Assembly: GCA_034530615.2 (NCBI GenBank) | Contig: JAVRCV020000015.1 | Location: 64,001 to 128,000, forward strand | Length of the DNA: 64,000 nucleotides | Direction: 5' to 3' | Source of the DNA: Aulosira sp. ZfuVER01 | GTDB lineage: Bacteria > Cyanobacteriota > Cyanobacteriia > Cyanobacteriales > Nostocaceae | Shown here: piece by piece, positions 41,100 to 52,136 of the stretch | Position numbering within the stretch: the first letter of the stretch is position 1 | Layout: each line of letters opens with the position of its first letter | The notes under the pieces: generated by a model | Database searches by the model: none | What the model was told of the DNA's origin: nothing | What the model saw: only the letters and a program-made list of their open reading frames with translations | Made by a program: the position numbers and the translations under genes

Positions 41100-41681
41100 T
41101 TAGTTCAAAATCTGTGCTAGGTCTAATACAAATCCTGGTAAAACATCCTCTCCTGACAAGCTAGTAGGGGATTGTAAAACCTCAACTTCCCGTCCTAAAC
41201 GATAAATTTCTACCCGTTGATTTTGCGGGTCAATTAGCCAACCTAAACGCACGCCATTATCAATATACTCTTGCATTTTGCGTTGCAGTATCTCTAGGCT
41301 GTCTGTAGCCGAACGTAATTCTGCTACAAAATCCGGAGCCATAGGTAAAAATTTAGCTGGGTCTGGGTTCAAGGCCATTAATCGTTCTCGGTTTACCCAA
41401 GATGCGTTAGGTGAACGATTCGCACCATTAGGGAGTTTGAAACCTGTGGAAGAGTCAAAAGTTAGCCCTGTACCATCAGCATCAGCCCAATTACCTAAGC
41501 GCTGCGTCAGTCGGCTATTGCGATTTCCGCTTTCCCATCCTGTTGGTGGCATAATAATTAGTTCTCCCTCCGCCGTCAACTCAAGACGCAAATCTCGATT
41601 ATTTTGACAAATTTGGAAGAATTGCTCATCTGTTAGCTCAATGGTAGGGTGTAGGTTGAGAATTAGGGCATTCATACTCAT
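41100..41681 (-). CDS. Uma2 family (DUF820) putative endonuclease
   Basis: LELTAEGELIIMPP, FDSSTGFKLPNGA.RSP, APDFVAELRS, GVRLGWLIDP, LSGEDVLPGF. Confidence 0.92.
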   Translation of the reverse strand: MSMNALILNLHPTIELTDEQFFQICQNNRDLRLELTAEGELIIMPPTGWESGNRNSRLTQRLGNWADADGTGLTFDSSTGFKLPNGANRSPNASWVNRERLMALNPDPAKFLPMAPDFVAELRSATDSLEILQRKMQEYIDNGVRLGWLIDPQNQRVEIYRLGREVEVLQSPTSLSGEDVLPGFVLDLAQILN

Positions 41682-41793
41682 ACCATTTTGGAGTGACTAA
41701 GCTTTTAGCGATCGATCTGTCGCAATCATTTTTCAAATTGGTATTAGAATCCCAATCTTGCTAAGTGTAGCCTAGCATTACATCTACAGTTAA

Positions 41794-44700
41794 TTAATTC
41801 CCAAATATGGGAATCTGAATGATAAACTCTGCACCCTTACCAGGTGAAGAGAAACACTCGAAAGTACCTTTATGGGCTTCCGTAACTATTTGATAACTAA
41901 TCGAAAGTCCCAAACCTGTACCTTTACCTTCTGGCTTTGTGGTAAAGAAAGCTTGAAAAACTTTTTGTTTTACTGACTCAGATATTCCCGGGCCATTATC
42001 AGCAATGCAAATTTTTACTTGCTTATTATCTGCTGTGGTAGAAATTGTGATGACATTGGGATTCTGTTCTAAAAATGCATAAGTCTTGCCTTCATTCGAC
42101 TCTTCCAATGCATCAATAGCATTCGCTAGCAAATTCATAAACACCTGATTTAATTGTCCAGGATAACAAGCGACTTGAGGTAAATTGCCGTAATTCCTAA
42201 TCACATAAATCGCTGGACGTTCTGGACTCGCTTTCAAGCGATGGGACAAAATCATCAGCGTGGCTTCAATTCCTTCATGAATATCAACTGCTCTTTTATC
42301 TAAACCATCGTTGCGTGAGAAGTTGCGTAAAGACTGCATAATATCTCGAATCCGATGGGTTCCCACCTTCATTGAAGAAAGCATATTTGGCAAGTCTTTG
42401 AGGAGGAAATCTAAATCAATCGCCTCCATTTCATCGATGATTTCGGCTGGTGGGTTAGGTAAGTGCTGTTGATAGAGATGTAGTAAATTAATTAAGTCAT
42501 CAATATATCGTTTGGCATGAGTGAGGTTAGTAAAAATAAAGCTGACAGGATTATTCACTTCATGGGCAACTCCTGCTACAAGTTGACCTAAAGATGATAT
42601 TTTCTCTGTATGAACGAGTAGAGTTTGAGTTTGTTGCAGTTTTAACAAAGCTGCTTCTAAATCTTGGGATTTTTCTTGTTCTTTAGCATAAAGGCGAGCA
42701 TTTCTAATAGCGATCGCAGCTTGAGAAGAGAGTATTTTTAAAAGTTCTAGACGTTCAGGAGTAAATGCTCCAGTCACCAAATTATTTTCTAAATAAAATA
42801 TCCCGATGAACTTGCCTTGATAAAAGATAGGCACACATAATACTGATTTACATTCATGGGTTTGAATATATGAGTCTTTATTAGAAATGGGGTCAAGTTT
42901 TGCATCCCTAATTACCAATGGTTGCTGAGTTCTAGCTACATAATTGATTAGCTTTTTGGGGACAAGTTCACTATTTTCTACTGGGGTTGATAGCAAAGTA
43001 ATTTGCATATCTACCATGCTAGTATCAATTGCTTCAATAAATAGTTGATGATTTTTTTCTAAAATCAAGCAACCTTTTTGGGCACCAGCATTTTCTAAGA
43101 TGATATGTAGAAGCGTGCGCGGTAAACATTCTAAGGAGATTTCGTTAATAATCGCCTCACTCGCTTTCACTACTGTGGCTATATCTAAATTTGCACCAGT
43201 GCTGGTTGTAGAGTGTGTACTCAGGGATACATCAGATTTTAATGCTATAGAGATGCTACCTGTAGGTGCGATCGCACTGGTGCTGCGAAGAATTAAATCG
43301 GGGTATCGCTTTTCTAGGTTTTTGACTTTGGCGGAACTACCCCAACGGTTGTAACCGTAGTAAGCCTCAGTCATGTACAATTGAGCAATCTTTTTCTTAC
43401 CCAGTGACAGATATAACTCTGCGGCGCGTTCATTAGAGAGTGCTTCTTCTTGAATGTAACCGTTTTCAGCAGCTCCAGCAATGGCGCGATCGTAGTAATC
43501 CATCGCCTCTAAATACTCCCCCAACGCCCAATGGTACTCAGCTTGGACTAAACAAAATTTGTGCCAGTGATTCATGGGTGCATAATCTGCCCATTGCTTC
43601 AGCTTTTCTTGGTTAGCAATCACCCGCAACAACAAAGTTTCTTTTTCCGGACTTGGGGTTTGAGATAAGAGAGCAAGCTGAGTGAGAGAATCATAAAAAT
43701 GGAAAACTGGTACCATAAAAGATCCAGTTACCCCATCTAAGTATTGTTTCGCCAGAGAAGCGACTTCTGCTGCTTGCTGATACTCTCCAAATAGGTAACA
43801 AAGAATCAATTTATTGACGTATAAAGTGCCAAGAGCATAGCGATCGTTAGCCTGCAAATGTAAAGGCAGCATGATTTCTTCGTTGTATGCTACTCCTTGC
43901 AATTTTCCAGGAGTAAGAACATCAATAGTTAAATTTAATACAGATTGCTGAATAATTTTGAGACAGTTATGGGCACTTTCTTGCTTGATTTGATCCAAAG
44001 CTTGACTGTAAGTTGCTATCTCTGGTTCTAAGCCTCTCAGTTCCTTGCTGAGGAAATAAGAAAGAGAGCAATAATTGTAGGCACAATAGGCAGAATACTC
44101 TAAATCGCCTGTTTCCAAACCATTTTGATGTGCTTCTAGTAGCGGTAGTAGGGACTCTCGAATATGATGCTTCCACGGCTTCACAAACGGGTAAATTATA
44201 CTGAAGGTACTAGTTTTGAGTTCCTTACCGGGGAGACTTGATAATAAACCTAATGCCAATTGACCAGCGCGATCGCCTGCATCAATATCCCCAACGACTC
44301 CGCAGAGAATAGCTGCATACCAAGCGTATGCGAGAGTAGAGACTGGGGCATTGCCATATCGTACCGAGAGCCTTACCTGCTTAAATACAATTAAGGGCAG
44401 CAACATTGGTACTGCTTGATAGACTGCCGCCGTCACTGTACCGATAATCCGCACGACTGCGAGGATTTGCGGATCGGTCATTTCTGGTATATCAATTAAA
44501 TCCTCAAAACTCCTTCCTTCCAACATCAACTGGGTTACTTGCAAACTCTGGGTGATATCTGCTTGACTAGGTGTGTCGGGAAATCTGACACCTAAAAGTT
44601 CGAGAATAGTTAATGCGGTTGTGATAGCGTCAGGCTGTCTACTCTGGGCTACATAAGCCTGAATTTTCACCTCATAGACCTTCACTTTATCGAGTAGTGT

Positions 44701-47202
44701 ACGGGCATTTTGCAATACTTGGCTGGCTAAATTCTCCATTAACTCGTAATCGCCACCTAAATATGCTGCTTCTGTGGCTTCAACTATCAAAGCTAAAGTT
44801 AAGTCATATTCACTCAGCCAGCTATCCACTGCGAGGAGATTTATACCTGTAGTTAAATATGCGATCGCAACTAGATAAGCCGTTGCAGCTTTAGCTTTTC
44901 TCCCAGCCAGTAAATTTAATTCAGCCAGCCGTTGCTTTGGAGATTTCTCTGTAATGAAGGCAGCACCGACATTTAGTTGATTAATAATATCAAAAATATT
45001 TTCCTCTAATTGTTCAGGAGGCGTCTTTTGCAACAACTGCTGACCAATTTTGAGATGGTTAATCTGTTTCTCGCAATCGGGAATTAGGGAATATGCGGCT
45101 TGCTGGATGCGATCGTGCAAAAATCGGTAGGTAATAATTGAGTCATTAAATCCTAAAGCGGCTAACTCTTCTTTAGTAAAGAGTAGAGGGATACGGCATT
45201 CATTATTCAATGGTAAAATCAGACCCAATTGCAAAGCTGGTTGTAATGCTTCTGCCACATTTTGCAGATTTTTGGCGCTAACTACTGCTAATACATCTAA
45301 ACTAAAAATATTGCCAATACATGCTGCTAATTGCAATAATATTTGCGTAGTTTCTGGTAGCTTTTGAATATTGCCTGTAACTAAATCAACAACATCTTTC
45401 TCTACAAGATTAATAGTTTGAATGGGCTGCATATCCCACAGCCAAATCCCTCGAACAAAATCAAATTTCAGCAGATTATCTTGATAAAGTATCTTGAGTA
45501 ATTGGGTCAAGAAGAAAGGATTACCCTGAGTTTTATTAAATAAAATTTGCGCTAGTTCAGGGATATTTTCAGAATTTCTCAACGTATCTGTAAGCATAGC
45601 GCAGACATGAGATAATTCTAATGGACGTAACACAATATTGTTAATAATCGTGTCTGCTTGTTGAATTTCAGCAAAAGTTTTGATTAATGGATGACTGGTG
45701 CTAACTTCGTTATCTCGATATGCTCCAATCAACAGTAAATATTGACTATCTGGGTTAGTCATTAACACCTGAATTAGTTTCAATGAAGCAGAGTCAGCCC
45801 ACTGTAGGTTATCTAAAAATAGCACTATGGGATGTGACTGTTTTGTAAAAACCTGAATAAAAGACTGAAACACTCGATGAAAGCGATTAAGGCTTTCTGT
45901 TGCGCATAGTTGGGGAATGGCTGGCTGTTTACCAATAATTAGTTCAACTTCGGGAATCACATCAACGATCGCTTGGCCATTACTACCCAGTGCTTGCAGC
46001 AGTTTTTCTTTCCAAGTTTTCAGCCTATCGCTATTTTCAGTTAATAATTGCCGCACTAAAGATTGAAAAGCCTGAATCACAGAAGCATAGGGAATATTCT
46101 GTTTAAATTGATCGAATTTACCTTCAATGAAATAACCCTTGTTTCTAACTATCGGCTTATGTACCTCATTCACCAACGATGACTTACCAATTCCCGAGTA
46201 GCCAGAAACCAACATGATTTCGCTCTTACCTTGGCTAATGCGCTCAAATGCTGCTAACAAAGTTGCAACTTCTGCTTCTCGTCCATATAATTTTTGGGGG
46301 ATGAGTAATTGGGAAGTGCGATCGCGTTGTCCGGGGATAAAATCAGGAATCTCGCCTGTAATTTGGAGTTGCTCAAGACAAAATTCTAAATCAGCTAATA
46401 GTCCCAAAGCACTTTGATAGCGGTCTTCAGCATTTTTTGCTATTAGTTTCATCACAATAGCAGCAAGAGTTTGAGAAACCTCTGAGTTTAACTGTGCAAT
46501 TGGAGTAACTGACTTGGCAATATGACAGTGAATCATCTCCAGTAAATCGTCAGTTACAAAAGGCAATTGACCAGTTAGCATCTCATAGAATGTTATCCCC
46601 AATGAATAAAAATCACTGCGATAATCTACAGTGCGATTCATCCTCCCAGTTTGCTCAGGAGACATATAAGCAACAGTCCCTTCCAGTTGATGAGGATTAG
46701 TCAGTTGCGGTGTTTCTCGATCTAAATATGAGGCAATACTAAAGTCAGTGATTTTAACAATTTCGGTCTGCGGATTAATGATGATATTTGCAGGTTTAAT
46801 ATCTTTATGAATAATGCCTTTATGATGTAGCGATAACAATGCTTTTGTTAATTGCACAGCAATCTTGAGAAAAGAAACTTCACAAAGTTGCTGTTGAGAA
46901 AGAAATTGCTTGAGACTGATGCCATCAAAATCTTCTGCTACTAATGCCAAACGGTTTTGGTAGGTTTCTAAGCCATAAACTTTAACAATACCTTCGCAGT
47001 TTTTGCAGTTAAGATTTTCTATAGTTTTATATTCGTGCTGGAAGCGAGTAATTTGCTCCAAAGTAGGATATTCATCCTTAAGAACTTTCAGGATCACAGA
47101 CTGCTGGTTTTTTTGGGACCAAGCTCGGTAAACAATTGTGTTAATTCCTTCCGATATAATTTCTGTTAAGTCATAACCTGGAATTATTGAAGTTAACACC
47201 AT
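41794..47202 (-). CDS. Ser/Thr kinase-AAA ATPase-GAF-histidine kinase fusion
   Basis: IIHKDIKPAN, YMSPEQTGR, GYSGIGKS P-loop, FLHDRIQQAAY, GAF region, H-box GVAHEVNNP, GKGTGLGL. Confidence 0.93.
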   Translation of the reverse strand: MVLTSIIPGYDLTEIISEGINTIVYRAWSQKNQQSVILKVLKDEYPTLEQITRFQHEYKTIENLNCKNCEGIVKVYGLETYQNRLALVAEDFDGISLKQFLSQQQLCEVSFLKIAVQLTKALLSLHHKGIIHKDIKPANIIINPQTEIVKITDFSIASYLDRETPQLTNPHQLEGTVAYMSPEQTGRMNRTVDYRSDFYSLGITFYEMLTGQLPFVTDDLLEMIHCHIAKSVTPIAQLNSEVSQTLAAIVMKLIAKNAEDRYQSALGLLADLEFCLEQLQITGEIPDFIPGQRDRTSQLLIPQKLYGREAEVATLLAAFERISQGKSEIMLVSGYSGIGKSSLVNEVHKPIVRNKGYFIEGKFDQFKQNIPYASVIQAFQSLVRQLLTENSDRLKTWKEKLLQALGSNGQAIVDVIPEVELIIGKQPAIPQLCATESLNRFHRVFQSFIQVFTKQSHPIVLFLDNLQWADSASLKLIQVLMTNPDSQYLLLIGAYRDNEVSTSHPLIKTFAEIQQADTIINNIVLRPLELSHVCAMLTDTLRNSENIPELAQILFNKTQGNPFFLTQLLKILYQDNLLKFDFVRGIWLWDMQPIQTINLVEKDVVDLVTGNIQKLPETTQILLQLAACIGNIFSLDVLAVVSAKNLQNVAEALQPALQLGLILPLNNECRIPLLFTKEELAALGFNDSIITYRFLHDRIQQAAYSLIPDCEKQINHLKIGQQLLQKTPPEQLEENIFDIINQLNVGAAFITEKSPKQRLAELNLLAGRKAKAATAYLVAIAYLTTGINLLAVDSWLSEYDLTLALIVEATEAAYLGGDYELMENLASQVLQNARTLLDKVKVYEVKIQAYVAQSRQPDAITTALTILELLGVRFPDTPSQADITQSLQVTQLMLEGRSFEDLIDIPEMTDPQILAVVRIIGTVTAAVYQAVPMLLPLIVFKQVRLSVRYGNAPVSTLAYAWYAAILCGVVGDIDAGDRAGQLALGLLSSLPGKELKTSTFSIIYPFVKPWKHHIRESLLPLLEAHQNGLETGDLEYSAYCAYNYCSLSYFLSKELRGLEPEIATYSQALDQIKQESAHNCLKIIQQSVLNLTIDVLTPGKLQGVAYNEEIMLPLHLQANDRYALGTLYVNKLILCYLFGEYQQAAEVASLAKQYLDGVTGSFMVPVFHFYDSLTQLALLSQTPSPEKETLLLRVIANQEKLKQWADYAPMNHWHKFCLVQAEYHWALGEYLEAMDYYDRAIAGAAENGYIQEEALSNERAAELYLSLGKKKIAQLYMTEAYYGYNRWGSSAKVKNLEKRYPDLILRSTSAIAPTGSISIALKSDVSLSTHSTTSTGANLDIATVVKASEAIINEISLECLPRTLLHIILENAGAQKGCLILEKNHQLFIEAIDTSMVDMQITLLSTPVENSELVPKKLINYVARTQQPLVIRDAKLDPISNKDSYIQTHECKSVLCVPIFYQGKFIGIFYLENNLVTGAFTPERLELLKILSSQAAIAIRNARLYAKEQEKSQDLEAALLKLQQTQTLLVHTEKISSLGQLVAGVAHEVNNPVSFIFTNLTHAKRYIDDLINLLHLYQQHLPNPPAEIIDEMEAIDLDFLLKDLPNMLSSMKVGTHRIRDIMQSLRNFSRNDGLDKRAVDIHEGIEATLMILSHRLKASPERPAIYVIRNYGNLPQVACYPGQLNQVFMNLLANAIDALEESNEGKTYAFLEQNPNVITISTTADNKQVKICIADNGPGISESVKQKVFQAFFTTKPEGKGTGLGLSISYQIVTEAHKGTFECFSSPGKGAEFIIQIPIFGN

Positions 47203-47320
47203 CGTTTCTCCTTTCCGTAAACTTAAGCGCTCACTTCATATATTTCCCAATCAGAAAGCCAGAATTTAACGTAACGCGGAAGTCCCTACCCAGAGAGCTT
47301 ACGGAAAAAATCATCTTTGC

Positions 47321-47361
47321 TAAAGTGAAGCGCAACATTGAGAAATTTGCAGGCGATCGCG
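47321..47361 (+). repeat. 41-bp direct repeat of the chlB 3' region (39628-39668)
   Basis: TAAAGTgAAGCGCAACAtTGAGAAATTTGCAgGCGATCGCG versus chlB TAAAGTcAAGCGCAACAcTGAGAAATTTGCAcGCGATCGCG; 38/41 identical. Confidence 0.85.
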
Positions 47362-47443
47362 TCGTTTCACTTCGTTAATTTCTTACAGAAAGTTGCATTG
47401 GGCATTGGTATTCTTTCCCATGCTTCATTCCCTATACGCGCGA

Positions 47444-47471
47444 AATCCCACCCTTTTTAGGGGTGGGATGA
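47444..47471. mobile_element. IS200/IS605-type end-like hairpin remnant
   Basis: AATCCCACCC-ttttta-GGGGTGGGATGA resembles IS605-group subterminal hairpins. No transposase nearby; may act as the secA terminator. Confidence 0.4.
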
Positions 47472-47520
47472 GCTTAAAGGCTTGTAGACATTAGATATCC
47501 AAACATTTGCTGCTTTCGTG

Positions 47521-50313
47521 TTAAACCATCTCTGAGGATGTTTGCACTACTGGCTGAGGCTGAGGCTGGAACATGAACAAGGAGTAAACCACATCTCGGC
47601 GGATGTTGACCATCATATCCAAGAAGAGTTCGTAACCCTCGCTCTTGTACTCAATCAGCGGGTCTTTTTGACCGTAACCACGCAATCCTACGGATTCACG
47701 CAAGGCATCCATTTGTTGCAGGTGTTCTCGCCACAGAGTGTCAATCCGTTGCAAGATAAAGAAGCGTTCAGCTTGCCGCATCAACCCTGGTTGAATTTGG
47801 TCAATCTGGGCTTCTTTGATGTCGTAGGCAATTCTTACCTGTTCGTGAAGGAAGGCCTTAATTTCGGCTACCGCCATATCTTCTAATTGATTGGCCTGCA
47901 AGTCTCCCAACAGATAAACAAATTCTTTGACTTTTTCCACCAACTTTTCTAACTCCCACTCTTCCGAGGGTAGATCTACGTTGATGTAGTAGTCAACGAT
48001 TTCACTCATCGTTTTTTCGGCGTAGGTAATTACCTGTTCTTTCAAGTCTTGCCCTTCTAGCACCCGACGACGTTCAGCGTAGATGGCGCGACGTTGATTA
48101 TTCATCACTTCATCGTACTCAAACACCTGCTTCCGGATGTCGTAGTAGTAGGTTTCAACTTTTTTCTGTGCGCCTTCCAAACTGCGGGTGAGCATTCCCG
48201 ATTCGATGGGCATATCTTCTTCCACGTTGAAGGCATTCATTAATCCAGCAACGCGATCGCCACCAAAAATTCGTAGTAAGTTATCTTCTAAACTCAGGAA
48301 GAATCTCGTGGAACCAGGGTCGCCTTGTCTTCCAGCTCGTCCGCGTAACTGGTTGTCAATCCGCCGTGATTCGTGGCGTTCTGTACCAATGACGTGTAAA
48401 CCGCCTAGTTCTACTACTTCTTCGTGTTCACGGTGGGTGAATTGCTCGTATTCTTGCTTGATCTGTTTGTAAGCTGCCCGCAATGTTTGAATTACAGGGT
48501 CATCAATGGGGCCTTTTTCGGCGGCTACAGCAATTTTTTCTTCTGCTTCTAATTCGGGTAAGCTGCGATCGCCATACTCACGCACCGCCAAGTCCACTGC
48601 TGCTTTTAATTGTTGCTCTGTCTGTTGGCTCAACTGAGTGGGGAAAATTTCTGGCGAAGCTTTCCAAGTTTTCACTTTTTTGCCTGGAACAAATCCTTGA
48701 CCACCACTACTTCCACCTGGCAAACCAGCGGCTCTTTGGATGCCAAAGGTGTCCTCATCTTCTGGTTGGACAATCCGAGGCATAAAATATTCCCGCAGCT
48801 TCAGACGAGCCATGTATTCGGAGTTACCACCAAGGATAATATCCGTACCTCTACCAGCCATGTTTGTGGCGATGGTTACAGCACCTCTACGTCCAGCCTG
48901 AGCAACAATCTCCGCTTCCCGTTCCACGTTTTCGGGTCTGGCGTTGAGTAACTCGTGGGGGATTTCCATCTCCTTGAGCAGTTCGCTCAAATACTCAGAT
49001 TTTTCCACACTTGTGGTACCTACTAGTACAGGTCTGCCAAGTTCGTGCATTTCTGCACATTCGCGCGCGATCGCCTTCCATTTGCCTGGTTCTGTCTTAA
49101 AGACCATGTCAGACAAGTCTTGGCGTCTTCTAATCCGGTTGGTGGGAATGATTGTAACTTCAAGTTTGTAAATTTTTTCAAACTCTGCTTCTTCTGTTTT
49201 TGCCGTTCCCGTCATTCCACCCAGTTTTGGATAGAGCAAGAACAGGTTTTGATAGGTAATTGTCGCCAGAGTTTGAGTTTCCGGCTGAATTTCTACGTGT
49301 TCTTTAGCTTCAATTGCTTGGTGCAGTCCATCACTCCAACGCCTTCCGGGAAGTACCCGACCGGTAAATTCATCAACGATTACCACTTCCCCGTTACGGA
49401 CAATGTAGTTTACGTCCTTGAGGAACAGTTCTTTGGCTTTAATCGCATTAAATACAAAGTGCGCCCACGGGTCTTCTGGGTCAAATAAATCTGTCACACT
49501 CAACAGTTCTTCTGCTTCTGCAAAGCCTTCATCTGTCAACAGTACGTTACGAGCTTTTTCATCTACTTCGTAATGCTCATCTTTTTTCAGTGTGAAGGCA
49601 ATTTCGGCAGCTTGTAAGTATTTTTCCGTCGGTCTTTCTACCTGTCCAGAAATAATTAGTGGCGTCCGCGCCTCATCAACTAAAATCGAGTCTACTTCGT
49701 CGATAACGCAGTAATTAAATGGGCGTTGCACCACATCTGCCATTGATGTGGCCATATTATCCCTCAGGTAATCAAAACCTACCTCACTGTTGGTGACATA
49801 AGTAATATCACAGTCATAATTTTTCTGACGTTCACTGGGAATCATGCTCGCCTGAATTAGTCCCACGCTCAATCCCAGGAAGCGGTGTACCTGTCCCATC
49901 CATTCCGCATCCCGACGCGCCAGGTAATCGTTCACTGTAATAACGTGTACACCTTTACCTGTCAGGGCATTGAGATAACTCGGCAATGTTGCCACCAGGG
50001 TTTTACCTTCCCCAGTCTTCATTTCCGCAATCTGCCCAGTGTGCAGAATAATACCGCCCAACATCTGTACATCAAAGTGCCGCAAGCCTAAGACTCGCCT
50101 TCCTGCTTCCCGAACTACCGCAAAAGCTTCCGGCAGGATATCATCTAGGGTCTCGCCTTTGGCAAGCCGCTGTTTAAATTCTCCCGTTTTGCCTTTCAAC
50201 TCCTCATCGGAAAGGGCTTTAATTTCTTCCTCTAAGAGGTTAATTTCCGTAATGTAAGGTTGGTATTTCTTAAGTTTACGAGCGTTGGGATCGCCCAACA
50301 AGTTCTTTAGCAT
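47521..50313 (-). CDS. secA: Preprotein translocase subunit SecA
   Basis: [61 protein letters not shown]. Confidence 0.99.
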   Translation of the reverse strand: MLKNLLGDPNARKLKKYQPYITEINLLEEEIKALSDEELKGKTGEFKQRLAKGETLDDILPEAFAVVREAGRRVLGLRHFDVQMLGGIILHTGQIAEMKTGEGKTLVATLPSYLNALTGKGVHVITVNDYLARRDAEWMGQVHRFLGLSVGLIQASMIPSERQKNYDCDITYVTNSEVGFDYLRDNMATSMADVVQRPFNYCVIDEVDSILVDEARTPLIISGQVERPTEKYLQAAEIAFTLKKDEHYEVDEKARNVLLTDEGFAEAEELLSVTDLFDPEDPWAHFVFNAIKAKELFLKDVNYIVRNGEVVIVDEFTGRVLPGRRWSDGLHQAIEAKEHVEIQPETQTLATITYQNLFLLYPKLGGMTGTAKTEEAEFEKIYKLEVTIIPTNRIRRRQDLSDMVFKTEPGKWKAIARECAEMHELGRPVLVGTTSVEKSEYLSELLKEMEIPHELLNARPENVEREAEIVAQAGRRGAVTIATNMAGRGTDIILGGNSEYMARLKLREYFMPRIVQPEDEDTFGIQRAAGLPGGSSGGQGFVPGKKVKTWKASPEIFPTQLSQQTEQQLKAAVDLAVREYGDRSLPELEAEEKIAVAAEKGPIDDPVIQTLRAAYKQIKQEYEQFTHREHEEVVELGGLHVIGTERHESRRIDNQLRGRAGRQGDPGSTRFFLSLEDNLLRIFGGDRVAGLMNAFNVEEDMPIESGMLTRSLEGAQKKVETYYYDIRKQVFEYDEVMNNQRRAIYAERRRVLEGQDLKEQVITYAEKTMSEIVDYYINVDLPSEEWELEKLVEKVKEFVYLLGDLQANQLEDMAVAEIKAFLHEQVRIAYDIKEAQIDQIQPGLMRQAERFFILQRIDTLWREHLQQMDALRESVGLRGYGQKDPLIEYKSEGYELFLDMMVNIRRDVVYSLFMFQPQPQPVVQTSSEMV

Positions 50314-50610
50314 GGCAGGTTATGGCACTAAATAAAGGGGGATGGGAATTAAAGTTTCGGCATAGATTATAAAAATTTAACCCAACCCAGCCTTTTTGGT
50401 TGTTGATGGGTATGAAATGATAATTAACTCACAAACAGCAAAAAGGCTGGCCAATCAGTTTACTAAATGATTGGATTTATTTCATATCTTATGTTTGAAC
50501 TTTATTCATAGTATCATTTCACCCCCAGCTGAGGCAGAGAACGCCGACTATGCTCAAGTAGCGATTTCCCCCCTATGGGGTGTCATTGGCCATCACCACG
50601 TCTCCCTTAT

Positions 50611-50972
50611 CTAACCTTCCTCACCATAAAAATCAGCCACAATAGCTCGAATTTCATTTGCACCAATATCTTCTTGGTCGGATTTGGAATAAATCGTTAA
50701 TAACAAAATACTTGTTGGTGACTCAACTTGATAAATCAAGCGATATCCAGCGCTTTTACCCTTTTGAATATTACTATTGCGAACTCTGACCTTGTAAACA
50801 GCGTACTGCTCACCAAGGCCAGCAATCCTTCTCCTACAATGTTTCCTTGTTGTAGTTCCTCGATAATTAGTTGAACATCAGAGCGAATATTACGAAATCT
50901 TTTGGAGAGTCTGTAAAGTTTCTCCTCAAACTCATCGGAGAATCGAATTGAAACCGCATCATCACTCTGCAT
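50611..50972 (-). pseudogene. RelE/HigB-like toxin with 1-nt frameshift
   Basis: MQSDDAVSIRFSDEFEEKLYRLSKRFRNIRSDV...GNIVG, shift near 50830, then RIAGLGEQYAVYKVRVRNSNIQKGKSAGYRLIYQVESPTSILLLTIYSKSDQEDI...*. Confidence 0.8.
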
Positions 50973-51216
50973 CAATCCTGTCCCATAGCTCGCTAATTGG
51001 TCGAGTTTGACCAATTTTTGCTTGGTGTAAGGCTCTCCTCAAGCTAGCTTTAATTTCCTCAACTGGTGTATCGTCGTCGAATTCTTCTGATTCTGCTGGT
51101 TCTGGAACTAATACAATCACCCTTACTTGATGGGGGTAAGTTGTTCCCTGAATTGGCTCATCTAGAATTAGGTTTCCCTGAGCGTCAATCTTGCCCGTTA
51201 CTTCGATCGCTTTCAT
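50962..51216 (-). CDS. Putative antitoxin
   Basis: MKAIEVTGKIDAQGNLILDEP...VRVIVL...IKASLRRAL.QAK.GQTRPISELW; 11-bp overlap with the toxin start. Confidence 0.75.
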   Translation of the reverse strand: MKAIEVTGKIDAQGNLILDEPIQGTTYPHQVRVIVLVPEPAESEEFDDDTPVEEIKASLRRALHQAKIGQTRPISELWDRIDAE

Positions 51217-51374
51217 CTGCCATCCCACCTTATTTTTGTAGCAGATTCTAACACGCCCAAATCTAGGCAGAGTCAAGAGTCAAGAGTTATTTCTCCCTTG
51301 TCCCTCCGAAGTTCAGATCGCCGGAAGCCGGCGCTCCGACTTCTCTCCTTGTCCCCCTTGTCCCCCTCATCCCC

Positions 51375-51959
51375 TCACGGCGAGTTCTCCATTTCTGGAC
51401 TCAGGCGGCGGAAATTGTACTCTCCGGCGCTGGGATGACAGCTAACACAGCTACTAATTTGAACAGGGCGTGGTAGCTTAACTTTAGGATGCAAAGCTTT
51501 GAAATAACGCGAGTTGTTGACGCGATAAGCTGTTTCTTCATCTTTTCGTTGAGAACGAGAGAAAGTTTGAAGATACTTCCAAACTAAGATGCGTGGCGGA
51601 TCGACTAGAGGCTGTAGCTGTACGCCATAGTGCTGTGAGTCTTCTAACAGATTTTTCCAGGTTTGGGTGGGTAAAACTGCTGGCGGTAAAGCTACATGAC
51701 AAGTTGCGCAGTTTTCCAAATATAATTCTTGCCCTAGTTTATATTGGGCTGGCACTACATCAACAGTGCCAATTTCCGAGTTAGGGGTAGCACCTTGGAC
51801 ATTACTAGCTAAGGCTAAAAGCCAACCCATTGCTAGACTCCACACCAATATTATCAACATTAAACCGAAAGGTTGGCGTTTGAATAAGCGTCCGGCGTTT
51901 CGCCGTAGCGCTTTGCTATCGCCTTTAGGGCGAGATCTACGCTTCACAAGATTTGACAT
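51375..51959 (-). CDS. Diheme cytochrome c family protein
   Basis: TM/signal segment, YLENCATCH, W...L...HYG, CVSCH (two CxxCH). Confidence 0.88.
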   Translation of the reverse strand: MSNLVKRRSRPKGDSKALRRNAGRLFKRQPFGLMLIILVWSLAMGWLLALASNVQGATPNSEIGTVDVVPAQYKLGQELYLENCATCHVALPPAVLPTQTWKNLLEDSQHYGVQLQPLVDPPRILVWKYLQTFSRSQRKDEETAYRVNNSRYFKALHPKVKLPRPVQISSCVSCHPSAGEYNFRRLSPEMENSP

Positions 51960-52136
51960 TCCTCACATTCCTAAATTCTTAGCTGTAGCACTTAAATCTT
52001 ACGGTTATTGAATGATCGCTATATTGTCCGACGCTCAAATTTTTGCATATGTTCTCTCTGTATAAGATATGTAGATTGAGGAATGACACGAAAGTAATTG
52101 TTTAAAATAAGCCTGGAAATATTTGCAGGTAAATCT

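Noticed and set aside
47187..47378. 63-aa ORF containing KVKRNIEKFA.DR
   Set aside because: The ChlB-like peptide comes only from the 41-bp duplicated fragment; the rest is promoter DNA of the kinase.
47542..50257. Several long antisense ORFs within secA (also within topA, ndhB and chlB)
   Set aside because: Shadow ORFs expected from the codon bias of conserved genes.
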